This document shows, piece after piece, positions 1 to 12,800 of a stretch of 64,000 nucleotides of DNA (its first letter is position 1; each line of letters starts with the position of its first letter). The notes under the pieces are model-generated. The model was given only the letters and a program-made list of their open reading frames with translations, made no database searches and was not told where the DNA came from. This DNA is from Lytechinus pictus (lineage: Eukaryota). The stretch covers positions 11,286,001 to 11,350,000 of the forward strand of contig NC_087245.1 in NCBI RefSeq assembly GCF_037042905.1. The letters are read 5' to 3'. The position numbers and the translations under genes are program-made.

Positions 1-877
1 TAAAAGCAAAAATGCCCCCTCTCGAACGTGTACTGTGCCCCTTTCACCTGAAAAGTACCCGTTTTATGTGTGAGCAAGTGCCCTCTCTCGAATCAGTGCC
101 CCTTTTTACCCAAGAAAGATGCCCCTCACGAACGTGTTCTGTGCCCCTTTCACCTCGAGAAGGACCCGTTTTATGTGTGAGCAAGTGTCCCCTTGCCTTC
201 TTGTAAGTGCCCTTTCTCGAATCAGTGCCCCTTTTACCCAAAGAAAGGTGCCTCTCACGAACGTGTTCTGTGCTCCTTGAGAAGGACCCGTTTTATGTGT
301 TAGCAAATGCCCCCTTGCCTTCTTGTAAGTGCCCTATCTCGTAGCAGTCCCCCCCCCCCCTTAACCAAGAAAAGTGACCCACACGAACATGTTCTGTGCC
401 CCTTTCACCTGAGAAGGACCCCCTTTGAAACAAGAAAACAATATTCTCATTTTTATATGTTACAACAAAACTTGTTAGGATAATCCTACGTGCATTAAGC
501 TTCACAAGTCATGTGACTGAGGTAGATAAGCAGAGTCGTGCTGATGGGGGCTCTAATTGGCCCCTCCCCATACTTTTCACGACCAAGAGAAAAAAAAAGA
601 GAAAAGGAAAAAGAGAAGGGTAAAATATGATATAATTTTCTGAATATCAGTTGTCAAACTCTATCACAAATTTGAATTTTTGTTTACAAAATGTCAAATT
701 TTTGCTCGCTCGCTTCGCTCACTCGCAGCTTCTTATAAATTTATGTGATACGACATATCTAGCCCCTCAAAAATTTTGCCCCATTACGCCGCTGCAGATT
801 AGTAATTTTGTCTTTTTTAAGATCGTGCCCTTTTCCCTGTGCCCCTCCCCCCCTTTCGATTTCGGTCTCCGCCCCTG
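1..877 (-). mobile_element. Partial non-autonomous hAT-like element with an internal ~118-bp tandem repeat (1-420); inverted relative of 23347-24468
   Basis: Units like GTGCCCCTTTCACCTGAGAAGGACCCGTTTTATGTG recur 3-4 times in 1-420. The end ...CTCCGCCCCTG (877) is the reverse complement of the CAGGGGCGGCGGAG start at 23347. Confidence 0.6.
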
Positions 878-1049
878 GTACGTGCATGCATGCACATTAT
901 TGCATTTTGAAAAGGGGCGCCTCTTGAAATATACTTGATTATGATTTGATCTGTTTGCATAACGTATAAACATGATGAATACTATTGATACAGCCTTTTG
1001 GAAAAAAATACAGATTAGAAAAAAATATATATATAAAAAAATATATAAA

Positions 1050-1086
<37 letters not shown>

Positions 1087-2113
1087 CCGACAGATCGTGA
1101 GTCATGGAAATATCATGAAGCCGAAGAACTTCTTAGATCTACTCCTTTTTTCTGCAGTTTCATCTGCATCCATTACAAAATTAATCGCGTAATTTCTTTT
1201 TGCATTACATGATGATAAAGTAATTACCGTTAATGGTTAATTTTCATGCCATATGAGAAACTAATCATCGTAATTTTGAAAACAATTTCATCTACAGCTG
1301 AACCAAAATCAACGTGATATGATGAAACAATTGTGTGCAGAATAAACGGTACAGTACTTAATATTTTGTTACGGATCATTTACAAACTGTTTCAGCAATT
1401 TCTATTCGCAATACCACATAGATGCCAAAGAGTTGAAGTCTCAATCTTTTACCTCAAAACTCTAACTCTTAATCCAGAGTTTGACTGATCACATGCACTC
1501 ATACTCTCAACGCCCAGTATTTGATAATTCGCTACTAAAGTCATTGCCGCCCAAACTTTGTGACATGAGCCCCCGCAACCGCCCCCGCTCCTCCAAAATG
1601 ACTTCTATATCTTTACGAATTATACCTATGAATCCAAATCTTATGACGTAAAAATCACTTACGCTGCTACCTTATTCTCTAGTTGTGAATGTACCACCAA
1701 GAATACATTGGAATACGGATAGACAATCAATATATGAAGTGAATATTTGAAGTCACCATCTCTCTTTACAGCATCGTCTTTCATGGAGATCTAATTTGTC
1801 GAATAAACATTTCCGATACTTCTTTCTCCCACCATGACCGTGATGCATGCTTTCAACCCTTTCGTAACTCGATAGACGATTGATATATTATTGATTCATT
1901 TACATGAGAAATAGGTTTTATAACTAAAGTTGGAGTCTACATTGTAAGATTTATTTTTGTAGATTGTGTGTGGACGTGAGAGGGTAAGGGTGTGTGTGTG
2001 TGTGTGTGTGAGGGTGGGTGAGTGTGTGCGTGTGAGGGTGTGAGGGGTGAGAGTGGGTTTGTATGTGTGTGTGCGTTGCATGTTTTGCTTGTCCTTGTTA
2101 AATGTACATACAT

Positions 2114-2380
2114 CAGGGGCGGATACAGCTTTTTATAAAGGGGGGGGTGGGGTGGTATGCGAGGGAGCGTAGCGACCGAGTCCAAGCGAGCGGAGCGAGC
2201 GAGGGGGGAGGGTGTGGGAGGGGGGTGTCCCCCCTCCCACAGTAGGGAAAATTTTTGAAAATCTGTGTGTGAAAATGGCGTTTTCTTGCATCAAAAAAGA
2301 TAAGATTTAAAAAAATGGTCCCCGGATTTTTTTTTGGGGGGGGTTGCAACCCCCCCAACCCCCCTCTAGATCCGCTTCTG
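2114..2380. mobile_element. Short CAGGGGCGGAT-type MITE
   Basis: TIRs CAGGGGCGGATAC...GATCCGCTTCTG. Same terminal family as 41883-42089. Confidence 0.55.
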
Positions 2381-4329
2381 TACATATGTAGTTTATATCC
2401 TGGCTTAATTTTCCTTCATTATTTACATCTCATTTTCCGTAGTGAAGGACATCACTCACAACATGCACAAGTTTGCTTCTTCTTAATCTTAGGGGTCCTC
2501 AAAAAATTGCAGATTTAACTTGAAACTTATTTTTATTTATTAATGTACCAAGAAAAGTGTTTTTTGTTTAAGTACTAGCAATATATGACTTTACATGAAC
2601 ATGATAATAGGGCAAAAATCGGACGTTTAGGAGGGTAGGGTTTATAAGCAAAAAGTTTACTATTATTTTTCATGAGGCATTCAAGGACGCTTTCATATTC
2701 TTTCTCCGCCTTAAGTGATCAGCTGTGTTTTATTCACAGACCATTGTATTGTTTTCATTTTAACGGTGAACTATATAAATGCTGAAAACAACTAAATAAC
2801 TTCATTGCAACTATCAACAATATTTGGAGTATCAACGAACTCACTGCATTTTCTGTCGTTTCTATAAAGTCATTTACATATTGCAAGTAAGAACTATCTG
2901 GATGCCATGCTATGGAATAGGGAGTGAATTTCATCAAACACCTAACAAGGACATTCTTTTTAACATCTATATGATAGCCGAGATAGGCCCAAGGCACATA
3001 TCACTAAAGAAGAGAGAAAATCGATTTTTCAAATCAATTTTTAAATCATGTATTTTGTTATTCATGAAGCTTCGTTGGAGGTTGAGAAGCTTCACTTTTC
3101 AGTATCAATGTCTGACCTTTCAAATAGACATAAAGTCACGGTGAAACTATGGTTCTGATTTTTTCCCCTCCAATATGGATAAGCATATAGTGGAAAACCC
3201 CGTTAACAGTAAAAAAAAATATTAAAAATAAATAAAAAAGAGGCTATAAAGGTTTGATCATGAAATACACGCACGCAATCTTCCCACCTTCTCCTTCACG
3301 TCGATTTTCCCAACCTTTAAGTAAGTTAACATACTGATTTTGATCATATTTCACATACAAAGGATGATTCGATTGGTGGAAATTGATCACGTGATGAATT
3401 GTAGATTTTTCTTTCTTACACAAGGTGTTGTTCTGCTTTCTGCTAGTATCTCATATTAGAAATGTTTTCCATTTTATCTAACTTGTTTTTTATTCCGAGA
3501 TAGAATATAAAACAAATAATCACTCTTTGTTTTAGCAGTTTAGTGGATCAGACAAACTATCAATTCCTCGATGATAGATGGTATTTGCCCTCAGCTATTC
3601 TTGCCACAGAAAGATATATATCCGAAATATTCTTGGTAATTAGAGTTCCCCATCCCCAATCACTTTCACCAAAATTATTTTCTATCTCTCAATACTACAT
3701 TATTCTCTGAATTCGATTACTTTTGTATTATCAAATTATGCTGTTCACAATACACTTGATCGTAAACCAAATCGAGTAGATAATATTATCACGTCATTTC
3801 GCTATCTGACAAAAAAATCGATCTACAAACAACGGTTGAAAACAACAAGTGTATATACTTATTCTAATCTCGTAGTACTCGGTTGAAATTCTTTATATTC
3901 CTTACACATAACAGACGACCACCACTGAAGGTTATAAATCTTTACAAATCTCTTTTTACTAACATCATCAAGAAACCACGCAATTTATTTCAATATCGAA
4001 TTTCATTTTAGGACGCCGAGGGCAGCGTTATGAATTTTGTGCGGTTTAACCAAAATTGAAGTACAATGATATATTTGCAATAAAGTTCGTAGAATAGAGA
4101 TCAAAATATATCCATGGCTGTGCCCTCTAGCATTTAAAAAAATCAATAAACAATATCTTACAATTTATACCAAACAAAACGACATGGTACAAGTTCTTGT
4201 ACAATTGAAATATATCAATAATTGTACTTATTTATGTCTTAGAACATTCTTGATCATATTTTTTTGTTTCTTATACAGGAAAACATTTGCTCATTGCACA
4301 GTAATATTTTTTTCAAGCGCTTGTATATA

Positions 4330-5146
4330 CAGTGCGTCCCAGAAAAAACGAAACCGAGATTTAGCGATGATTTATCATAACTTACTCATAAAACAAATAG
4401 ACAAACGACCTACCAATGTAAAGCTTAGAATCTCCTCTTTTATCTGGTATTACTTAGATTATTCCTCATTCACGCATGATTGAGCAAAAACAATTCGAAG
4501 AAAGGATGCCAAAACTCATTTGGCGGGGGGTATCTGAATTTCAAAAAGAAAATCACATGACTAAAAAGTTCAATATCTTCTCTTTTCTTTGATACCTAAA
4601 TCACAGAAAATGGTCAAGTAGTAAAAAAGTTATGATCCCTCGAAACAATGCTTGTATTTCCATAATTTCATTAAATAAACGTGTTTTCACCGGTTTCCCA
4701 CTGAAGCTATCGCACGGTAACAAAAGACTTAATGCATGGCTGATCGTCAACAAAACGGAGTGTCGAGTGAGTTTGAACGCTAGCCTGTAAAACCTCTTCA
4801 TTTTATGAAATTATTGAAATTTGAGCCTTATTTCAAATAACCAGAACTTTGTTATTTCTTGACCATTTCTGTAATTGAGGTATCAAATTAAAGAGCAGAT
4901 ATTGAACTTTTTAAAAATGTGGTTTTCTTTTTAAAACCCAGATACGGCCCGCCAAGTGACTTTTTGGTATCCCCTTTTCAAATTGTTTTTGCTCACTCAT
5001 GCTTGAATGAGAAATAATCTAAGTAATTTCAGATGAAAAAGGAGATTCTAAGCTTTAAAATGGTAGGTCATTTGTCTATTGTATTTGCGATTAAGTCATG
5101 ATAAATCATCGATAAATCTCGGTTTCGTTTTTTGTGGGACGCACTG
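4330..5146. mobile_element. Tc1/mariner-type MITE with long imperfect inverted arms
   Basis: TIR CAGTGCGTCCCAGAAAAAACGAAACCGAGATTT / AAATCTCGGTTTCGTTTTTTGTGGGACGCACTG, with TA on both sides. Inverted similarity extends about 300 bp inward. Confidence 0.85.
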
Positions 5147-7214
5147 TATAGTTATTTTGTAATCTTTTTCATATTTGACGGTTAGTAAAGGGGAAGGACA
5201 ATTACGCGACAATACGCGTGATCCCTTTAGATTTGTGATATATTTTGACAATATTCCACAAAATAATATTATTCTTCAGCCTTTTCTTTTCATTTTTTCC
5301 TTTTCCCCTTGGTCTGGAACTTTCGGAGGATAGCATACCCCCTCACATCCCCGGCTCCTCATTCTACGCCAGTGCTTCCCTACCCCCCCCCCCCTCCCTC
5401 TCCCCCTCTCTCTTCTCTTTTCTTCTCCCTCGGCCTATCTCTCTCTCTCTCTCAAACGCTCTCCTCCACCATGATATTCCTCTATACTACATCTTCTCAG
5501 GTGAAAACACTTCCGAGAAAAAGTGCAATGCAACCTACTAACTGATGTATCAAATTTGCATGGTTAGTCTCTTAGTGGATGATGTGCTCATCAATTATTG
5601 ATGTACCAGGGAAGGTATAGCTTACCGCAGGAGAGGTGTCGTGTCTTAGGAGAATGACCTCTACACACCATGGACCTGATAACTGATAGTATCATCTACC
5701 ATTACTTCACATCATGGCTGATTAATGAGACCCGTTATGAAATAAGAACAGACTAGAATACTGAATACCACCGCCAAAGCAGCGTCCGAATGCTAATTTT
5801 GTTTACGCGACATGCAAATGCTTGAAATGGTTGCATTGAAATAACAGCATTGGCTTTTTGCTTATGGTATAGCCTACCACCCACCCCCCTGGAAAATGAA
5901 TTTCTGGGTGAGTTTTTGTTACCCAAATTACCCTCATTTCGTAGTAAAAATCCTTTCCTTTTCTTTTTTTTTTTTTTTGCTTTTCACATTTCTATAGGAC
6001 AAAAAAAAAACTCATTTTGTATTGAAAAGGTTTTTTTTGGGGGGTGTCAGATTTAAACCAGCACCCCCCCCCCCTCCCTGTTGAAAAATCGCTCCCAGGT
6101 CAAGATGATGGTGAACAATGGTAAACCGTAATCCTTAGCCTTTTTTTAGCTAGAATTCATAAAGAAAATATATATATTATACATATGATACTTCCACGGT
6201 TTAATCTTTTCATTGCCTAGGCCAACTTATACGTAATATTGGTTATGGTTGTTGGCAAAATACATGTCTATATATAAGCATTGTTAATTCCCCCCCCCCC
6301 CCGGAAAATCTTTTGAGAAATTGTTCAACCATTTCTTAATGACATAGGAAATACATTTGACAAAACCCAAGAATCCTTTGCACCATGTAAAGTAGACAAA
6401 TATGATATTAAACAAGAATGTATAAAAATCTAGGATTACTAAATAATTTTTCAAACTTGCTTTCGTAATTAATGATGGCTTGGAAGGAGTTGTTTGCAGT
6501 GTACATACAAAAGCTGTGCTATAATTCATCAAGTATATGACTGCTTACTTCAAAAGTAGACGCTCGATTGAAGAGAATGCCCCACGCTGTACTATGCTTC
6601 GCCGCAATACATCAGCAATAGCATTGACAAACACTTGAAGATAAAGGAAGAAAAAAGGGAATATCGGATTTTTTGCAATCATACAGGCCTGACTTGATGT
6701 ACGACGAGGCGCAAACAACGAAATGAACATGCTGGAAATAATGGTTCACTTCGTGTTCCCTGAGGCAGGTAATGTAATCATAAGGTGCATAAAAAAACCC
6801 TCCTAAAATATCCTAAAATATGCTGAGATTGTGAGTCAGTGCTGCTCATTGGCGCAACCCACCATATCCAATAGATGACACCCCCCCTCCGCCTCACATC
6901 TACGCTCCTGATGATTCAACCGAGAGAAAAAAAAGTTAAAAAAAAAACGGTTATGATTACTAGATGGGGATGCCTGGGGACACCGCCTCACTCCCCCTCC
7001 CACAACCAAAAAGTTTCATATCCAAAACAAATAGGAAAAAAAAACACGATGAAGGAGGAAAATGTATCGAAATATATCACAGATTTGATTTTTTATTTAA
7101 AAAACTATTTAAAAAAAACTCGCTCTTTTACGAATTTCGAAAGAAAATGTTCCCCATACGCATTATCGCGGCCCCTCTAAATCGGGCTCATAACCTATAC
7201 GCCATAGACTGGTT

Positions 7215-7530
7215 CTGACGATGATGAAGATGATAAATTGGTTAAGGGTATGATAACTACCATAATTTTGTTGGGAGTGGTGGGAGCGTGGGTGGTCATT
7301 GGTTGTTTGGGTATCACCGTGGCTCCAGTTGGATATGGCAATGACGTTGATAATAATGTAATGATGACGTCGATGATGAAAATGTCGACAATGACGGTAA
7401 AAACTATGTTAATGATGATAAGTTGGTAATGAAGATGGTAGCGGTGACGACGACAACAACGATGATGACGACGACGACGATGATGATGACAATTAAAGCA
7501 TTTTGAGGTGGCGATGATAATGATGAAGAC
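7215..7530. repeat. Degenerate (GAT/GAC)n trinucleotide microsatellite
   Basis: Runs of GATGATGAC/GACGACGAT. Confidence 0.7.
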
Positions 7531-9583
7531 TATTCAGCAGGTTGATCGTTGTGATCATGAATATTAGATTATGATTTTGAATTATCATGATTGATAAAAT
7601 GTGATGATTGTGGTCACAATAAGACTGACAAGAATCAAAATGATAATGAAATGCACGATATTAAAGTGATGAATAATTGATTGTTTAATGCTGACGTTCG
7701 GAGACGAAATGTAATTTTCATCAAGGTCAAGCTTTGAGTAGTAAACTTAAAACTTGTCAAAAATATTTATTTTATTTTCTCTGCAGTTTTTTTCTCATAT
7801 ATTCTCTTGACCCACCTATGTGTGGAAACTATACCGTTTGGTATATTCGGCATCCCTCCGGCTCTATAAACAGTCGTCATAATTAATGGGGAAAAATCTT
7901 TTCTGTGTAATTGAATATCATAAATATTCGCGACATGTGTTTCATGACGTTTTAGTGAAATAAAAGAGTTTATAAATGACATTAATTGACACGCTACATA
8001 GATTCGCCGAAAGGGAAATGTCTACAATGATTCTTTTGAAAAATAATCAAACATAATATATATATATTTTTTTTTTATTATAAAATATTTATTCAGGATA
8101 AAAATATCAGCTGAATTGCTGTTTTACATCAATGTCCTGATTTAACAGGGATAAAAAACATATAAAGTTACAATAATATCATGATGCAAAATACATATAA
8201 ATTTTTAAACTTAGCTACTAAAATATGATAAAAAAATACTGTAAATAATTATGTTAAGACATTAAAGAAATGGGATTATTTAGCTACTGAAATATGATAA
8301 TAAAATATTGTAAATAATTATATTATGACATTAAAAAAAATGAAATTCAGTTCGAACTAGTTAAGTAATCACGGCAAGATAATCTGATAACACCACCCCA
8401 ACCTTTCACAAGCAAACCCAGACCTGTCCCCGACCAGTAGAATCGTTACAATGATGCTTCATATGATAAGTATTAATGGAGAATGAAACCCTTAGAACAA
8501 AATAGCCCGTGTGAAATCAGAAAAATCAAAGAAACAGACCAACGAAAGCCCGAGAAAAATCGGACAAACAATGAGAAGGCCATATTACTTGTATCACATC
8601 GTAAAAATAAAAGAAATCCAATTTTTGCGTTATCTATCTGTTGACATTAGATATTTTCGGACCGTGATACCGCTGCCAGTCCCCGTTTTTATTTCTGGCG
8701 AAAACTATAGAATTATTAAGTCGAACTTGGACCATGCGTGCATATATATGAATGACGATGATCTAATTAGATTTGGGGTCACAAGGTTGATGGTTCAAAG
8801 TTAGTCCATGCATTATGAGAGCTAAAGACGTCGTTGGGTCAAATGACAAACGGTGATGTGGGTCATTGCTAATTGAAATTGGCTTATTCTTATTAATGGA
8901 GAACCATTTGAAGGATCAACTTCACACTTTGTGCATGCATGTGGGAGGGATGATGATCCGATCTGTTTTGGATAACAATTTTAAAGGTCATAGAGGCAAT
9001 ATGTCTTGTTATTACAAGTGATCCAATAAATCAGAATAAAAGTGGTTACAAAAATAAAGAGTGGTGATTTATTCAGATTGTGAAAAAAAAATCGTTAGAA
9101 GAGGGCAAACTATATTTTTCTGATCTTAATTGCAATGGCGGAGGCAATATCGATGTTGTTCTCCCTATTCAATTTTGTGTGTCGGTGTGAATATCTACTC
9201 TTAAAAACCCTTTTATATCAGGAACTTCTGTTTGTCTTTCTGTCTGTCATCTCTCCATCCCCCCTCTCCCCCCCCCCCTCCCTCTGTCTCTCTCTCCCTC
9301 CCCCTCTCTCTGTCTCTCTCTCTCTTCTTTAAAGGTCCACTCGTGGCATTATTTGTGCAATGTTCTTTTTAATTCATTACTTGTAAAAACATGAATGTAA
9401 AGTAATGCTTTCCAAGATTTTTTTCTAAATGTATTTTTATACTGTCATAATATTTTAACTTTTAACACGCCAAAGTTGCCAGCTGACTCCACCCATTACA
9501 TTTTTTTTTCGCCAAAATTTCAAAAGTTCAAAGTAGACCAACCCCTCCAATAAACAACATGTGTTTTGCATTGACATTGCAGA

Positions 9584-9817
9584 ATGGCTACTGAATCCTC
9601 CGACATGCAGATGATGCAGCAGCTGGTTGTTGATACACCTTACCAAGCCTTAGAGCCCAAGGTATCTTACAGACCACGTTACAGATCGACCGTGGCCATG
9701 ATCACCGGTACCATCCAGCTTCTGTGTGGCATCATCGTGTTCGTTCTCGGAATCGTTTGTCACGCAATGAACCTGACCTGGTCGATGGCCATCATTGGTG
9801 TGTGGGCTGGTCTCGGG
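9584..9817 (+). CDS. MS4A-like paralog 1, coding exon 1 (N-terminus, TM1)
   Basis: Acceptor ttgcag ends at 9582, ATG at 9584, donor GTAATT at 9818. Confidence 0.85.
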
Positions 9818-12800
9818 GTAATTATCATGTTATCCTTGATTTCATTAAAAGTTGTACACATATCATATTTTCATGATACATCTGAAGATAAAATGTGGCA
9901 AGTGATTTGTTATAAATATGTATTCGATTTTTTAGAAGCCACGCTGAATCAATATTCATTATATCAGAAGGCTATATATGCGTAAGGATAGTTTCATTGT
10001 CGTTATGGGATTGTGGCCCAGTGGGTTGCCCGTTAGTAATATGAGTTTTTTAGTCGAGACTCACATGATGTCTGAGATATAGGAAAACTTAGTATTTTTT
10101 TGTTTCACTCCTTGAAAATGTACCGTGAAATAGCGTCATGCAATCACTAAACCATAGCATAAGTTTTAAGATCCAATTTCGTCAATGTGGCATTTCATTC
10201 CTGTCTCCTCTCTTATATTCGTAGACTATTTATCAGTCATGTTTACCACAGTATTGGTTGTGGTTGCGAAAAGTAAAACCATGAAGTACCACTTGATGTC
10301 ATGGTTTGTTAAAATCTGATGAAAGTGCGGTTACTATGTAGACGATATGACCAGTGGCGTTAATACTCAATTTTCTAAATAAAGAGTTTTTTTCCTAATC
10401 GTTTGGAAAAGAGTTTAATGTAATAAAACTCTCATACTCCTGACAATACACGAATTTTTCCAATTTAGACTTCCGTTGAACAAATATTTTGATAATTTCC
10501 TCTCAAATTGTCTCTTTTTTGCATTAAGATAACCGTGATATGATAATTTTATTTATTTTATTTTATTTACATGTATTTCGTTTTGTTTACCCAGGGTAAC
10601 CCCATCAGTGGACTAAGCACTGTTTAAAGGACAAGACCACCCCAACAAAAAGTGGATTTGAATAAAAAGAGAAAAATCCAACAAGCACAACACTGAAAAT
10701 TTCATCAAAATCGGCTGTAAAATAAGAAAGTTATGACATTTTTTATGTTTCGCTTAATTTCACAAAATAGTTATATTCACATCCTGGTCGGTATGCAAAT
10801 GAGGGAACTGATGACATCACTCACTCACTATTTCTCTGTATTTTATTACATGAAATATGAAATATTCTAATTTTCTCCTCATTGTCCTGTGAAGCAAAGT
10901 TTTATTTCGCCCTGAACATGTGGAACTACCATTGTTTAACATTTTATGTGTCAGTCAAGTTGGTCTTAATTGTCAAATCTGCAAAATTTGAAACATTCTA
11001 GAATTCAAACAATAAAAAACAAACAAAAAATGAATGAGGGACATCATCGATTCTCTCATTTGCATGTGACTAAATTGTGCATATAACTATTTTGTGAAAA
11101 GTAAGCGAAACTTTAAAATGTCATAACTTTCTTATTTTACATCCGATTTTGATGAAATTTTCAGCATTATGCTTGTCTGATTTTTCTCTATAGATTCAAA
11201 TCAAAAATTTTCTGAGGTGGACTTGACCTTTAATTATTACATTATTACATTCATTGTATTAATTTGATTATAATTGACATTGTGTTCATTCATTATTATA
11301 CCCCAATTCTGATTTTTTTTTTCTTCCTTATATACCTGCGCATTGCATTTCATTTCATATAAACATTTTATTTTCTCCCATTTCACAGATTTCTTCATTT
11401 TTTTAAACGTAAATTTGTACAAAATCAGATGGTCATAATAAGAAGAAGGCGTAAGTCCCTATATAAAAGCATAAAGCTTGTTGTGAGATTTTACTGTGTA
11501 CCCATCATACTTTTAAGCTAAACATATCATTTAATTCCTAGGGGTAAACTGCTGCTTACGTGATGAATTACGTAAAAGAGCAAAGGAGAAAATTGAAAGA
11601 AATTACAGAAAGAAGACCCCTCCCCCATTACTTCAGATCTTATTCCAGCATAATGTAAGGAATATTTTAGGTCTCCTCAACCCCTTGGTGCTAAAGTGCC
11701 CCTCAATCGTCATCCCCGGTTTGATCTTCATATTTTCTCATGATGTCGGAGATATCCCCCCCCCCCTTCCCCACGGGAAGCCGTCTTAATAACATTTCAG
11801 TAGTTTACGATGTGCGTGATATAATTTAGAATGATTTAAGGGGCATCTCGGCAAATTAGTGTTCAAAATATCGATCTCTGGGGGACCCTCTAGTTGATGG
11901 AGAAGGGTTGGAAAGGATGGTGGAAGAATTTAAATAGAAGGAAGACAAACATTGACACAATATATGAAATATTATGTTTCACCAGGTATCCATCTTAGAA
12001 GAGACTAATAAAATAAACAATTTCCGCGCAGTATATTAATTAAGGCCTAAATAATTTTATAGAATGGAAATATTTTGTTCGAGAAATAGGTCCCTAACGT
12101 TGCAGTAAAATATATATTTTAATTTTGTTATCAATTTGAGTTTAAAGTCAATTCAGTTAAATTTTTCATTTTCATTTCGATTCAGACATAATACACAAAC
12201 TAATATAAATCACATATAAATTAATGGATTTGCTTTTTAAAGAAAAGCAGTAAAAAATAGAGCATATTGAATTACAGTCTTTGTGACCATGCACTAAAAT
12301 GCATGAAGTCCAGTGGCGTAACAGGCGGGGGGGCAGGGGGGGCAAGTTGCCCCCCCCCCCCCCTGGCGGATTTCACCGGGAAAATAAAAGAAAAACGGGA
12401 AAAAGAAAAAAAAGGAGGGAGAAAGAAAGGGAAAGGGGAAGGAAAGGAGGAAAGGAAAGGGAAAGGGAAAGGAATAAATGAAAAGAAAATGAAGAAAAAA
12501 CTTTTTTTAATAGAAAAGGAATAGAAGGAAAGCGGGAAAATATACGAAAGAAGAACATTTGAGAAAGAACAAATCATTCCGAAATAGGCCTATGTAATGC
12601 AATAGTACGGTTGGAAATAAATTAAAAGATGACAAAATGGCAAACAATAACGGGAAACGAAGGTAGAATGTAATTAGTCAAAAACTAATTTTTGGAAAAC
12701 AAAGAAAAGGGACAAGAAAAAAAATAACACGACCGGGCTGCCGATGATTGAAATGAAAGAGCGGGGAGAAAGATGGACTGCATACAACATTGTGCTATAA

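Noticed and set aside
1..420. Regular repeats as a possible CRISPR array, and the short ORFs over them
   Set aside because: The units are contiguous tandem repeats without unique spacers, the context is eukaryotic, and there are no cas genes.
3245..3326. TATAAA plus GTAAGT donor as the first exon of paralog 1
   Set aside because: Plausible, but an alternative donor exists at about 6769 and nothing in the sequence discriminates between them.
9818..9985. C-terminal part of the 133-aa track ORF
   Set aside because: Read-through into the intron after the donor at 9818.
10808..10830. CTGATGA as a hammerhead core (also at 13961, 18312, 19138, 40312)
   Set aside because: No correctly placed helix II + GAAA + NUH.
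12267..12577. Lys/Glu-rich and Phe-rich ORFs
   Set aside because: Purine-rich low-complexity tract inside a non-autonomous transposon.
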